Assembly: GCF_006345805.1 (NCBI RefSeq)
Contig: NC_042999.1
Location: 69,998,001-70,062,000 of the forward strand
DNA length: 64,000 bases
Direction of reading: 5' to 3'
Source: Octopus sinensis
Lineage: Eukaryota
The translations under genes and the position numbers were made by a program. Each line of letters opens with the position of its first letter. Within the stretch, counting starts at the first letter, position 1. Under the pieces are notes generated by a model. It was given only the letters and a program-made list of their open reading frames with translations. It searched no databases and was not told the origin of the DNA. Below are positions 1 through 13,837 of this stretch, in pieces.

Positions 1-101
1 ATTTATCGACCTCGGCGGAATTTGAACTCAGAACGTAACAGCAGACGAAATACCGCTAAGCATTTCGCCCGGCGTGCTAACGTTTCTGCCAGATCGCTGC
101 C
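1..101 (-). mobile_element. tRNA-derived SINE family A, head (cut by window edge)
   Basis: Reverse complement of the head GGCAGCGATCTGGCAGAAACGTTAGCACGCCGGGCGAAATGCTTAGCGG...GAGTTCAAATTCCGCCGAGG (B-box-like GTTCAAA); more than 12 copies in the window. Confidence 0.85.
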
Positions 102-1013
102 TTTACTCCCTCTTCTAAACAAACACACCTCTACACATACACATACAAGTATGCACATATACAAACCTAAGATAGAGGTAAAGCAGACCTTGGGCCGAAA
201 AGCGAAGTCACTGATTCACTGGAAAGATCGCGAACAGCAACAATTTTTTAAGCGACACATTAAACAAACGACTAGTTAATTAGTTGGTTAAATATTTAGC
301 CACTAGCCTAACATTAAAGAAGTGAAACTGAACCTGTGCATGTGTTATTATTGGTGTAATGACTCTCCCAAAACATAATGAGATATGAAATCAGTATGAC
401 TAAAAGCATGGGAGAGAGGGCCCTGCATGGTTACGCCACCAGCTAGAAACATTTGACAAATCTTCTTAATATTACATCCTTACCATCTTAAAATTAGAAG
501 GACACGTTAGATAATATGGTCTCGAATGCGCAGTGCTTGGAAATCAAAACAGATGGTCATGGTTGGAACATAGGTTTGTTCAACCTGTAGTAATCAACAA
601 TTTATGAGCCAGCGATAAGGCTGTACGTACTCAGCCGAATTGCCAGAAATAGTAGCCAAAATTTCCTTCAAATCAAATTACAACGTCTTAAATAACGCTG
701 GGAACATTTCGATATAGTAATCCTGGATAGCTCTAAAATACAGGATGATGATAGCTAGAATACTTGTGATCATGGGTTTCTACAATTTGGACTCAGCTGG
801 AACAAAATAATAACAATATCTACAAGAGAGTCATCGAGACCTTTGATCGATCAAATACTGGATGCTGTAGAACTGTTCAAAAGCAACGAACCGAGTACCT
901 TATAAGAACAGACTGCATGTTTCAACAACAGCAGGAACTGTATAGAAAGAAACGCATGTGATATGACAACGCTTTTTACATAGGGAACCTAACTGAGGTG
1001 TATTTGTGTGAGA

Positions 1014-1053
1014 GACAGCTTTTCGATCGCTTCTGCCACCTACCATTTTCAGG
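1014..1053 (-). ncRNA. Degenerate minimal hammerhead ribozyme (PLE-type)
   Basis: Minus strand reads CTGAAAA-TGGT...GATC-GAAA-AGCT-GTC; G8 is mutated and stems are weak. Confidence 0.35.
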
Positions 1054-1313
1054 TGTTCTTTCCTTATAAATACAAATATTACTAGACTGGGCATGACAAG
1101 AGTCCTGAATAGAAGAAAAATAGGAAAGATAACTTCATATTCATATACTATAAAACACATTAAAAAAATGTGCACACAGATATAATTGCACACATACGCA
1201 CATACATAATATTTATACGTATACACACATGTATATGTGTGTGTGTGTGCGTGCGTATGTGTATGTATCTGCGCGTTTGTATACATGCATGCATACATAC
1301 ATACATACACACG

Positions 1314-1350
<37 letters not shown>

Positions 1351-2011
1351 TTGTATATATACAGATACATACATACATGTATATCATTCAACTTCAGTAG
1401 TAGTTGAATAATATTCTTAAGGCTGCAATTTTATTCACGGCAGCATCTTTCAGACCTTTGTCGCTAATTCAGTTCTTAACCAAATTTTTGATGAGGACTG
1501 GTCCCTAGCTACATTTTGGCATAGAAAAACTGAAATTTGATCCAGTAGAAAAAAAGCTTACATCAAAATTTCTAGCAACGTTATAGGAGAGGAAGTAAAG
1601 CCTCCAATCAAGTTTAGATCTAAATAACCTTTTTTTTTAAAAAAAAAAGCAAAATATATTTATCTTAGCTTCAATGACAGAAGAAAGCATGAGGAATTTC
1701 ATAGTTTTGGTCCCATGCAACAAAAACTTGTATAAAAACTTGTGAGGTAAAATATCATGAAAAAATATAAGTAAGGTAAAACATTTTTGAAGAGGACCTC
1801 ATGCTGTAAGTAACGCCTCCAATCAAGTTTAGATCTAAATAACTTTTCTATTTTAAAAGCAAAATATGTTTAAATTTATCATTCAATTTTCAGTAAGGTA
1901 AAATCTTAAATTATTGACACATTTATTAATTAGCATAACAGCTTAGCCCGGGAAAAAACATCGATTACATGGGAGAATGCGAACAAAATAAATAATATTC
2001 TTAAGATTATA

Positions 2012-2752
2012 AAGTACAGGACAAATTATTACACTTGGAAAAGTTCAGGACAAGTTATTACATCTGGTAATGTACAGAACAAGAAATATTTTACTTAAAA
2101 TATTGCAAAGGATAAAATTTGAATATTAAAAATTATTTGATTTAAATTTACAAAGTAACATTATAACTTTTCAAAAAAAGGTACCATCATTTTGTTAAAA
2201 TATTGACACACTAAAATCCTTAAAAAATGAGAGCCAGAAGTACCAATATAGCTAAAGTTTTATGCAAAGTAGAGTAGTATATAAGCTAGGCAAATTCATT
2301 ATGTAAAAAATAGGCATTGGGTGAAGACTAAAAATACGAGGACTTGGCAATAACTTAGGCAATAACTCAAGCAAATTTTACTGTGAATTTGTAGTTATAG
2401 GTAGATTATAGGTATTTATTATACTAACTTATGTACTACTATTATTTTTTATAATGTATCTTCAAATTTCTAATCATTAATCAATAATTAAAAAAATTAA
2501 TTATTTTAAAGTACAAAAAATATTTTGAGTTATTTTTTATTTTTAATAGAAGTAACAAGTAATAACAAACAGAAGTAATAGCGTGTAATAAAACTTGTAG
2601 TTTTAATAAAAGCTAATATTTTCTAAATCTATTTATTTTATTTGAAATTTTATCCTTAGCTGCAATATTTTAAGTAAAACTTTTGTTCTGTACTTTACCA
2701 GATATAATAACCTGTCCTGTACTTTTCCAAGTGTAATAAATTTCTTGTACTT
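2012..2752. mobile_element. Non-autonomous TIR (MITE/foldback-like) element, about 740 bp
   Basis: About 120-bp imperfect inverted repeats (2012-2125 vs 2640-2752) built of roughly 30-bp subrepeats (GTACAGGACAAATTATTACACTTGGAAAA); AT-rich non-coding interior. Confidence 0.7.
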
Positions 2753-3347
2753 CTCCACATATGAGCATCAAGGTATTCGATCAGTTCAATTCTCTTCTCA
2801 TTAAACTGCCGCGTAAGTGGCTGAGTATTCCATAGGCACGTGCATCATTAACATTATTCTTGTGTAGAACCAATGAGACACAACATGATAAGCCTGGAGC
2901 TTTGAATTTCTAGATTACTGCTTGTTGTGGAAGGATTCCGATCACCCCCTGAGCAGGTCACTGTAAACCGTGACTGAGAGTGTTTCACCTCGTGCAAAAG
3001 TAATCGTAGCGCGTCGTGTGATTACTTTCGTTTCCATTGCTTCGTTAAATTGTATATCGAACACCAGGATATAAAACTGTTGTAGTCCATTTGACATGCA
3101 CCCACAGTTTCCGTCTACTCAATTTCATTCACAAGAATTGGGTCAACCCGAGACTACAGCAAAAGATAGGAAGCCAATACGCCACGTAGTAGGAACGAAT
3201 AGAAGACTTCACGAGTGCTAAGTTAACTTCTTTAACACAGATATATGAATGTGTGTGTGTGTATGCATGCGTGTGTGTGCATTTACATATATGTATTCAG
3301 ATATGAATACAACCTATTTATATATATACACATACATACAACATATT

Positions 3348-3578
3348 TATTTCTTTATTGCCCACAGGGGGCTAAACATGGAGGGGACAAACAAGGACAG
3401 ACAAAGGGATTAAGTCGATTACATCGACCCCAGTGCGTAACGAGTACTTATTTAATCGACCTCGAAAGGATGAAAGACAAAGTCGACCTCGGTGGAGTTT
3501 GAACTCAGAATGTAACGGCAGACGAAATATCGCTAAGCATTTCGCCGGGCGTGCTAACGGTTCTGCCAGCTCGCCGCC
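3348..3578 (-). mobile_element. SINE family A, near full length
   Basis: tRNA-like head, core related to the family consensus GTCGACTTTGCCTTTCATCCTTTCGGGGTCGAT, and tail ending ...GGGCAATAAAGAAATA. Confidence 0.9.
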
Positions 3579-3601
3579 CTATACATACATACATACATAC
3601 A

Positions 3602-3633
<32 letters not shown>

Positions 3634-3769
3634 CTGCACACAAACACACACACATATATATATGTATATGTATATGTATATACACACACATATATATATA
3701 TATACTCTCACACACACACAAACATACACTGTCTCTCTCACACACATTTACATGCACAAACACACACAC

Positions 3770-3827
<58 letters not shown>

Positions 3828-4169
3828 CCAGCGCCAAACACTAGGTAAAGTATGATATTACCTAGGGTACTAAAAAAGGTTGTCCTGTACAAATTCTGAG
3901 GCTTACCCTAATATGACCGCAGTCTAATGACTGAAACAAGTAAAGAACATAAAATAAAAAAAGTCAAAAAACGTCAATAATAACGAGAGTGCTGGAGGCC
4001 ACACCTAAAATCGTAGAGGATTGCGGATAGGGTTGCTGTGGGATGGCAAAGACAAGAGGATCATTGTAAAGTTATGACCTGTCATATAATTTAGTGTGAA
4101 ATATCTAAAATTTTGCCAGATAACAGATATTTTTGAGGATGGGAATAATGATAATAATAATTATTTAAA

Positions 4170-4600
4170 ACTTCGGCACAGGGCTAGCAATTTCAGGGGA
4201 AGCGGGTAGGTCGATTACATCAACCATAGTACTCAACTGGTACTCATTATAGACTCCGAAAGGATAAAAGGAAAAGTGGAACTCGGCGGAATTTGAACTC
4301 AGAACGTGAAGACGGAAAAAATACCGGTAAGCATTTCGCCTGACGTGCTAACGATTCAACCAGAACGACGCCTCAGTGATGAGAATAATACTTTCTACTG
4401 TAGGTAGAAAGCCTGCAATTTTGAAGGAGAGGGCTAGTCGATAACATTGACCACGATGTTCTGATGGTACTCCTTTCATCTACCCCAAAGAGATAGAAGG
4501 CAAAGTCAACCTCGGCGATATTTGAATTCAGAAAGTAAACCCGGAAGAAATGTTGAACATTTTTCTCCACGTGCAAACGGTTCTGCCAGCTCGATGCCTT
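4170..4600 (-). mobile_element. Two adjacent diverged SINE family A copies
   Basis: Core and head motifs recognisable twice (about 4170-4373 and 4390-4600). Confidence 0.75.
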
Positions 4601-4622
4601 AATAATAAAGATAATGATGATG

Positions 4623-4655
<33 letters not shown>

Positions 4656-4677
4656 TAATAATAATAATAATAATAAT

Positions 4678-5210
4678 ATGCCCTGATGTAGTACCAGGCA
4701 GTGGCTCTCGTGGCTTCTGATCTTAACTGATTGGAAGTGTTATCATGTACATTGTTTTGTCTTGGTATAAAAGATGGGCTACAGCAAATATTCTGCTTAA
4801 TACCACAGAATTGCTTGTCAGTTGCTTGACCGTAACCAGTTGAGCATATTTCTTGGTGGTTGACGATATGTGCATCTCTGATTGCGAGCAGAAGTAGTGG
4901 GGGAGCATCATAGCCATGTGTTGAGAGGGATTATTTGGGGTTTGAATAATTCACCTCTGGAAACATGGGTATTTTGTTCATCATCCTTAAAGAAACCTTA
5001 TTCAGAGACCTTTTGAGTGGGATGGACTAAAAAGTCTAAGTGGACCCCACCTGCAAGGTCATGCACTGTTTATTTTGGTATGAAACCACTATGTTGCGCA
5101 CATATGTTTGTGAGGCATGTGCTTGGTGTACCATAATCAGACAGGTAGTCATAATGGGTAAATTGGGCTTCGTGTATTTCTATCCCAGTGTCACTTTGAT
5201 GGCATGTATT
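4678..5210 (+). mobile_element. (TAA)n-associated interspersed repeat (family D); inverted copies at 8025-8296 and 8697-9140
   Basis: Sequence here is the reverse complement of the 8025 and 8697 copies; all abut (TAA)n/(TTA)n with the same polarity. Confidence 0.8.
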
Positions 5211-5214
5211 GCCA

Positions 5215-5520
5215 CTCTAGAGAGTCGGGCTCATAATCATGAGGTTGTGAGTTCGATTCCCGGACCGAGTTGCCTGTTGCTTTCTTGAGCAAGACACTTT
5301 ATGTCATGTTGCTCCAGTTCACTTAGCTCTAGAAATTAGTAGTGTCAAGCTCTATCGGCCTTTGCCTTTCCCTTGGATAACATTTGTGGCGTGGTGAGGG
5401 GATGGATGGTATGTATGGGTGACTGCTGTTTTCCATAAACAACCTTGCCCGGACTTGTGCCTCAGATGGGAACTTTCTAGGTGCAATCCCATGGTCATTC
5501 ATGACCGAAAGGGGTCTCCG
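5215..5520 (+). mobile_element. tRNA-derived SINE (family C-related)
   Basis: B box GTTCGATTC followed by TTCTTGAGCAAGACACTTTA core. Confidence 0.7.
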
Positions 5521-5559
5521 TCTCCTTCGTAATAATGGTACGAGTATAAACCAGAAGGC

Positions 5560-5960
5560 GTCACTGAGAATAACAATACACGATCTTGTGGGATCTCGCA
5601 ATCCAGTGTGATTCAGACTGATGCTCGAAGACCAGACATTGTTGTAGTGGATATTTGATGAAGAAAACCAAGATCAAAGATATTGCCATACCTGGGGATG
5701 TACGAGTAGGTGACAAAGAACCGGGAAAAGATTCTACAAGCCGCTAAATTACACGAATGTGAGCAATGAAGAAAGGGACGCTGGAGGCATTAACAACTGG
5801 GTTTAAGAAATTTGTTAGAGAAATTTGTTGGTGGAAGTAGGATTGACATGAAGGTAAAACATACCCAGAAAACTACTTTATCGGGGTACATCGAAGATTT
5901 GGGTATTAAGTATTGCGGAATAAGACCCCGCGAGACCCTTGATAATAGGTTGTTGTCTGC
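5560..5960 (+). mobile_element. Degraded R4/Dong-like non-LTR retrotransposon, REL endonuclease region
   Basis: Fragmentary translation IQTDARRPDIVVVD...IPGDVRVGDKE...QKTTLSG, homologous to 22820-23144. Confidence 0.6.
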
Positions 5961-6611
5961 TCTTATTGAATTAATCGGAATAAGTGAAATCGAGAACTCG
6001 GAGCAAGTGAAATAGAGAGCTCTGAGAAGTGAAATGAAAATGATAATAATAATAATCGATAACAAAAAACAAAATCAAATACAAACTCCAAAAGTCCAAG
6101 GGACGTCCACAATTAACATTATATAGCTGGTGCTTAAAGAAGGAAAAAATTATAAATTATAAGCTAATGAGTAAAAAAGTATAAAGATTCGGTCAATGTC
6201 CACCAAAACATAACAAATGTGGCTCAAGAGTCACGAGTTACGTGCGGGGCATTTATCCTGCTATTTATAACCGAGAGCATGTATCTAATTTGCTGTGAAT
6301 AACAACTACATATTCTATTACGATTTAACGTAGGAGAGGCACGTAAAAATTAGAAATTTCGAACAATCGGCGTTTTGTACAAGGTTTAGCCTTGAGAATA
6401 AATAAAATGTTGAGAAACACGCAAACTTACTCACGAACACAGACACACACATGCTAAAGAAGGTACACAATGTGGGCTGGGAACAGGGTACAGAATCTAT
6501 GGGACTGCGAGACTGGGGTACACATTGTCAGGTAGAGAGAAGGGAGCTTTGTATAACTGAACTGGGACCCTGAATATCCTAAAAGCGAGCACTCACACAC
6601 ACACATGCATA

Positions 6612-6653
<42 letters not shown>

Positions 6654-6752
6654 CACCATCATCATCATCATTTTACGCACAAGCATATATATATCATAAA
6701 CACACACACATACATATAAGTGTGTGTATGTATGTGTATATATATATATATA

Positions 6753-6973
6753 TATATAGAAAATAGTAAAAAGTGAAAAAACTACAGAAGGCTTGTTTTA
6801 AAAGGTTAAAAAATATATATTTCAGTCAATATGTCTGAAGAATGTTATAAATCTTTTTCTTGTAAGAAAAAAATTTATAACATTCTTCAGACATTTTGAC
6901 TCAAATATATATTTTTTAACCTTTTAAAATAAGCGTTCTGTATTTTTTTCACTTTTTACTATTTTCTATATAT
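6753..6973. repeat. Fold-back palindrome, arms about 110 bp, near (TA)n tracts
   Basis: Arms pair around TTCTTGTAAGAA (6857-6868); each arm carries the hammerhead 5' half CTGAAGA. Confidence 0.9.
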
Positions 6974-7001
6974 TCAACCACGTGCTTCCACAAACCAACT
7001 T

Positions 7002-7097
<96 letters not shown>

Positions 7098-7969
7098 CAC
7101 ACACACACATATGTATATATATATACACACACACACACTGTTATTAATCCAAACAGTTGGATGAAGATAAGAAATGAAGTTGAAAAAGCACACAGAATTT
7201 CTTAGAATTAATTAGAATTCAATTATATTTAAAATTATAGAAATTCACATGACCAGTTTCACAACAGATTTTCGAAAGTGTATGTACATGAATAGTGTGT
7301 GTGTGTGTGTTTGTGTGTGTGTGTATTCATAAATATGCAAACCAAGGGGTCACTCTAACTGATATAAGCATGTAAATTTAGTATACTTGTACATACGAAT
7401 ATATACACATCAGAACATAAAATATACATATATATTATATCCGAAGAAATATAATGACATGACGATCTACTCACACACAGAACATAACAATGACATACAT
7501 TTCTTGCATACAATTTTACATGTAGTTTTTCAACTGCATTTTTCAGCCTGTGTAAAGAGAGTAATTTTAGAAAAATGCATGCTAAAGAAGATACGCGAAG
7601 TGGTCTGGGAATAAGGTGTGGAATTTATAAGACCGGGTGACTGGGGTGACAGGCAGAGAGAATGGAGTTTTGTAGAACTGACCTGGGGCGCTAAATATCC
7701 TGAAACCGAGCACTCACACACAAACACACACGCATGTATGATTATTATTATTATTATCATCATCATCATCATCATCATCATTATTATTGATTGATTTGAC
7801 TCAAGTTTGGTCTCATGTCTGGCAGATTCATGTGGGTCACAGGTTACTACTTGTAACCTTAGGTATCCACTAGCTTTCTATAATCTTTCTTTGAAGTGCT
7901 TAGAACTCTCCTGATAATCTTTCCCGTCCATAAGAGGCAAACTCTGTAGAAGATTTACAATAAATTATC

Positions 7970-8025
<56 letters not shown>

Positions 8026-8349
8026 TGCGTGAGAGAGCAGTGCATGCCATCAAAGTGACACTGGGGTAAAATATACTAAGCCCAGTATACCCATCATGAC
8101 TACCCGTCTGATAAGGGTACACCAGGCACATGCATCACAACCATACGTGCGCGACAGGATGATCTCATGTCAAGATAAACAGCGCATGACCTTGCAGGTG
8201 GGGCCCAGTTAGAATTTTCTTCTGGTCGAGTAACCCATCCCACTCAAAAGGTCCCTGAATAAGGATTGTTTAAGGATGTTGAACGAACCAGTCATGTTGT
8301 TGCTGTAGTTATTATTATTATTATTATTATCATTATTATTATTATTCAG

Positions 8350-8560
8350 CCGGCGAGCTGACAGAATCGTTAGCACGCCGAGCGAAATGCTTTGCGGTAT
8401 TTCGTCTGCCGCTACGTTCTGAGTTCAAATTCCGCCGAGATCGACTTTGCCTTTCATCCTTTCGGGGTCGATAACTTAAGCACCAGTTACGCACTGGAGT
8501 CGATGTAATCGACCTACCCCGCCACCAAATTTCAGGCCCTGTACCCATAGTAGAAAGGAT
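8350..8560 (+). mobile_element. SINE family A
   Basis: Head and core match the other copies; embedded in (TTA)n. Confidence 0.85.
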
Positions 8561-8592
8561 TATTATTATTACTATTATCATCATCATCATCA

Positions 8593-8633
<41 letters not shown>

Positions 8634-8645
8634 TTATTATTATTA

Positions 8646-8695
<50 letters not shown>

Positions 8696-9149
8696 TAGTG
8701 CAATTAGTACATGCCATCAAAGTGACACTGGATCACAAATATACGAAGGCCAATATAGCCATCCTGACTACACGTCAGATAAGGGTACATTAGGCACATA
8801 TGTTACAACCATATATGCGCAACATGGTGACTTCATATTAAGAACAGCGCATGATCTTGTTGTTTGGTCCCAGTTAAAATTTTCTTCCGGTCGAGTAGCC
8901 CATCCAGCTCAAAAGGTCTCTGAATAAAAATTATTTAGGGATGGATGGTGAACGAAACATACGTGTAACCAAGGGTGAATTTCTCAAACTCCAAAGAATC
9001 CTTCTCAGTATGTTTCCCCACTACTCCTACCTGTAATCAGAGATGCACATATCGTCAACCACTAAGGGACATACTCAACCTTACGCTGATGGGTAGAGTG
9101 TTTGTCGTGGCCCGTCTTTTACACCAAGACAAAACCTGTATTTTAAAAC

Positions 9150-9525
9150 TTATTATTATCATTATTATTTTTTTTTATTATTACTTTTTTTTTCTTCTTT
9201 CAAATTTGCTTCCATTTCTTGCTGAGTGTCTTCCCGACTCCTAGGGCAAAGAAACTCATAGTATACATTGGTAGGCCATTAAACCAAACTCAATAGTTCG
9301 TTCATTTTTTTTTTTTTAAGTTAAATTAAAATACATGAGCAGCAACAGTTCTCACATCGACAATGCTCTTCTCAATACGTGTGATGTACCAGTTAAGACA
9401 ATCTTTTGCACGGTAAGCCAGGGATCATTCTCATATAATTTTCGGTTCCCTTCTTGATCATTCCTAGTGCTCCTACGATCACTGGTATTGTAACCGCCTT
9501 GAGATGCCACATTTTCTCAATTTCA
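9150..9525 (-). mobile_element. R4/Dong-like retrotransposon 3' end in (TAA)n
   Basis: IEKMWHLKAVTIPVIVGALGMIKKG...GTSHVLRRALSM*, then a 3' UTR; flanked by TTA repeats. Confidence 0.8.
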
Positions 9526-9582
<57 letters not shown>

Positions 9583-9787
9583 TTAAACAGCCTGATACAA
9601 GTTTCTTTGGGTTCTCGTCGGGCATGTCGGCCGAATGTGTGTGAGTATATACACACACTCACACACATTCGGCCAACTTGACCGACGAGCTAGGCTCCTG
9701 TAAGGACCCTAAGAAATTTTATCAGGCTGTTAAGAAGAAGAGAAGAAGAAGAAGAAGAAGAAGAAGAAGAAGAAGAAGAAGAAGAAG

Positions 9788-9823
<36 letters not shown>

Positions 9824-9914
9824 TAGTTATTTCGTTGTTCACCACCTGAAAGTAAACATCGCTCCCTGACGAGATCCGGACTTAATGTGGGATATTTTAC
9901 GTCCAACATTGGTT

Positions 9915-9965
9915 GAATGCTGATGATGGAAACCTAATGGCTGGATTGAAACATATGTAGGATTG
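9915..9965 (+). ncRNA. Degenerate minimal hammerhead ribozyme
   Basis: CTGATGA (9920-9926) ... GAAAC-ATAT-GTA (9948-9959) with palindromic stem III; stems I and II imperfect. Confidence 0.5.
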
Positions 9966-10276
9966 TGTTTATTTCTTTTGTTGATTCGCTTCCTTTACAT
10001 CCTGAATCTTATATGTATTACTTTTGCCATCGTAATACAAATAAAATTAACCAAGTATCCACAATATTTCTTCTCTACTTTGCCTTTCATCCTTTCGGGA
10101 GGCGATAAATTAAGTATCAGTGAAATTCTGGGGACGATGTAATCAACTAGTCCTCTCCCCCAAAACTTAAGGCCTTGTGCCTATAATAGAAAGGATATAC
10201 TTACACAAATGCTTTTATGTATTCAAGTGTAAGTCTTTGCATGTGTGTCAGTTTTAGATCATCTAATCACTGATAT

Positions 10277-10382
<106 letters not shown>

Positions 10383-10466
10383 AATAGTAGAGAATATAAA
10401 ATTCCAAACTTACAGGGAAAAATTCAATTTAGCAATACTAAATCAAATTTCACAATATATAATATA

Positions 10467-10745
10467 TGTATATGATTAAGAAAAAAACCCTTAAGTAATT
10501 CATTTGATAGGGAAAGATATTATCTAAATTAAATCATATAGAAAGAATTTAAATATATTATGATAAATATTATTCTAAAAATCACTAAATTAAATAAACA
10601 TTTAATTTAGTAATTTAGTGATTTTTAGAATAATATTTTTTATAATATATTTTAATTCTTTCTATATGATTTAATTTAGATAATATCTTTCCCGATCAAA
10701 TGAATTACTTAATAGAGGTTTTTTCTCTTAATTCTATACATATAT
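10467..10745. repeat. Fold-back palindrome, arms about 135 bp
   Basis: TAAGTAATTCATTTGATAGGGAAAGATATTATCTAAATTAAATCATATAGAAAG pairs with 10657-10712; centre near 10600. Confidence 0.9.
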
Positions 10746-10814
10746 AATTTATGTGTATAATCCTCGTATTGATTTATATATATAATTCATATTCATTTTT
10801 ATAAATAAATGACA

Positions 10815-11100
10815 CTCTTTCAGTTACGACGACGGATATTCCAGCCATGAAATTAACGTGTAAGTGGCTGAGCACTTCACAAATAGGTGTCCCCTTAACA
10901 TAGCTATAAGAGAGATTCAGCGTGACACAGAATGTGACAAGGCTGGCCCTTTGAATTACTGTTACAACTCGTTTTTGTCAGCTTTGTGGGCTGGAGCAAT
11001 GTGGAATAAAGTGTCTTGCTCAAGGACACAAAGTAACACCAGGAATTGAACCCACGATCGTAAGATCGCGAGACGAATAGCCTAACTACTAAGGCATGCG
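10815..11100 (-). mobile_element. tRNA-derived SINE (family C-related)
   Basis: Minus-strand head with TAGTGGTTAG-like A box and GGTTCAATTCC B box; tail similar to 48250-48400. Confidence 0.75.
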
Positions 11101-11459
11101 CTTTTACAATATGTGTATGTGTGTATAAGTATATGTATATATAAGACCATATATTCGCATACACACAGCTACACACATACGCACAAATATAATACGAACG
11201 TACATATATATGTACGTACGATTCATATATATGCATGTGTGTGTAATTTTATGTATGTGTACGTGAATACAATCGTGTGCGTTACTTAACTTACGTAAAT
11301 ACATCTACATATGTATGTATGCATGTATGTATGTATGTATGTATGTATGTATGTATGTATGTATGTATATATGTATGTATGTATGTATGTGTGTGTATGT
11401 ATGTATATATACATACATACATACATACATGTGTATGCATGTATGAATATATATATATA

Positions 11460-12359
11460 CACCGGGTGCAATGGGTAAATTGTTGCCATTTTATATTTTT
11501 AATTTCGAGTATGCGCATTGATTGATTTGATTTCATCGACTACACAGTATAGTAGGATCAGCAGGGCACTGTCTGTGAGAAAAACAGTACTATGACACAA
11601 TTTACTCTGCTAGAAATTTGGAAACGACATACTATACTGCTTAGCATTCGTACCGGAAGCTCCAATACAAACATTGTTTGGGTGTCAATCTGAGGACAGT
11701 ACAATCAGAGGGCATATACCGAGAGTGATAAAAAATCAAACATCCAGTCAACATCATTGTGTTTGAAGTGATCACTAGTGATGGTGATGTTATGTCTCCA
11801 TTCATTTACCCATACGTCCTCAGACTCAACACGGAGGCCTACATCAGATGCCTGGAGGAGATAGTGCTGCCTTGAGTCAAGAGGGAGGCTGCCGGAAGAC
11901 CCTATGTATGGCAACAGGACTCTGCACCAAGCCACACAAGCAGAATAACCAAATCATGGCTGTCAGACAATTTCTGCGACCACACCACCCCAAACAGCTT
12001 GTCACCTAACTCCCCAGACTGCAACCCCCTTGATTATTATGTGTGGGGTGCAGTTGAGTGAGAGACCAACAAAACTCCTTATAACACCAAACATGAACTG
12101 AAGGCAACGATTATGGCAGCATCCACCAACTTAAAAATGGAGACCGAGTTGCAAGTGATCCCGAAGACGTCTGGAGACTGTCGTTGAAGTCAATGGCGAT
12201 TATATTGAATAAATTTACTCTTAAATATTTCAAGATATTTTTTGCGTAATTTTGGTAAATATATCTGTTAAAATGAGATGTCAATATTATATGTAGGTGT
12301 ATATATATATATGTATATATATGTATATATATATGTATATATATATATATATATAGATA

Positions 12360-12390
<31 letters not shown>

Positions 12391-12430
12391 GCAAGTCAGT
12401 AAATTGTAGGATTGTGTTAACCGCACCTGG
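11460..12430 (+). mobile_element. Internally deleted DD37D (maT-type) Tc1/mariner transposon
   Basis: YVWQQDSAPSHTSRITKSWLSDNFCDHTTPNSLSPNSPDCNPLDYYVW gives D-37-D spacing; homologous to 49640-50850. Confidence 0.85.
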
Positions 12431-12437
12431 AGAAATG

Positions 12438-12569
12438 ATAGGAATGGAAAAAATAATAATAATAAGGCAGAATGCTAAACTGAAAGCAAATTTTAATATA
12501 CATAGGTGTAATTAAAATTTGCTTTCAATTTAGCATTCTGCCTTATTAATATATTTTTTCCTTTCCTAT
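12438..12569. repeat. Fold-back palindrome, arms about 60 bp
   Basis: AATAAGGCAGAATGCTAAACTGAAAGCAAATTTTAAT pairs with ATTAAAATTTGCTTTCAATTTAGCATTCTGCCTTATT. Confidence 0.9.
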
Positions 12570-12767
12570 AAATATATATATAATATATATATATAATTAG
12601 AGAAAATTTTTTCTTAAATTGAACATAAAATTCTTAATAAAAAAGAATGACTGAAATTCTTCCAATTATTCGCGTCAAATTTTTGGGCTCTCTTTTTCAA
12701 ACTCCATTTATCCTTTTAAATAAACGTCATGTATTGTCACTGTCTCAAGAACTCTTACTAAAAGCTC

Positions 12768-12813
<46 letters not shown>

Positions 12814-13023
12814 ATATATATATATATATTATATATATATATATATACAAAAAGCAATAAAGATTCAAGTTAATTTAAATGAATTTACTTGAATATGGTA
12901 CCTAACTTAGATGCACCAAAAAAAAACTATACTGTTTTAACAATACAGTAATGTGGGGTGATTATAAGCGAGAAATATATGTATATATATATGTATATAT
13001 ATATACATATATATATATATAAT

Positions 13024-13091
<68 letters not shown>

Positions 13092-13335
13092 TACACACAC
13101 ACACACATATATATATATACATATATATATATCGATATACTTATACATAGTTTATAACGGGTATATGTGTATGTATGTATGTATGTATGTATGCATGCAT
13201 GCAAGTATGTATGTATATATATGTATGTATGTACTTATGTATGTATGTATGTATGTACTTATATATATGTATATATGCAAGTATGCATATGTCTGTGTAT
13301 GTGTGTGCACATCCAAACACACACACACAACATCA

Positions 13336-13383
<48 letters not shown>

Positions 13384-13429
13384 ACGCGTACTGTAAAATT
13401 GAAAATTTTGTACAACGGCAAGGTGAAAA

Positions 13430-13762
13430 CGTGTGAAAGAGAAGGAGAGCTTCTAATGCGATGAGAAGAGCAGAGGTACCAAAGTGACAAGAGATAAGAA
13501 TGGAATAGAATATTGGGAGAGGAGGGGAGGGAACGGGGAAGGTATCAGAAATAGAGAGTGAAGCCTGATTTTGAAGAAGAAGAAAGAAAGGAAAAGGGGG
13601 AAAATTAAGAAACAAAGAAACAAAGAAACAAAGAAAGGGGAAACGGAAAGAGGAAACAAGAAAGGGAGAGAGGAAAAACGAAAACGAAGAACGCAAGAAA
13701 CAAGTGAGAGAAAGGTAGAGAGGAAAATAAAACAAAAAAATGAAGGCGTGAGAGGGAGATAC

Positions 13763-13837
<75 letters not shown>

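Noticed and set aside
7005-7085. Phase breaks (TAAT/ATTA) inside most long (TA)n tracts
   Set aside because: Likely consensus errors or slippage in self-complementary repeats; cannot be judged without reads.
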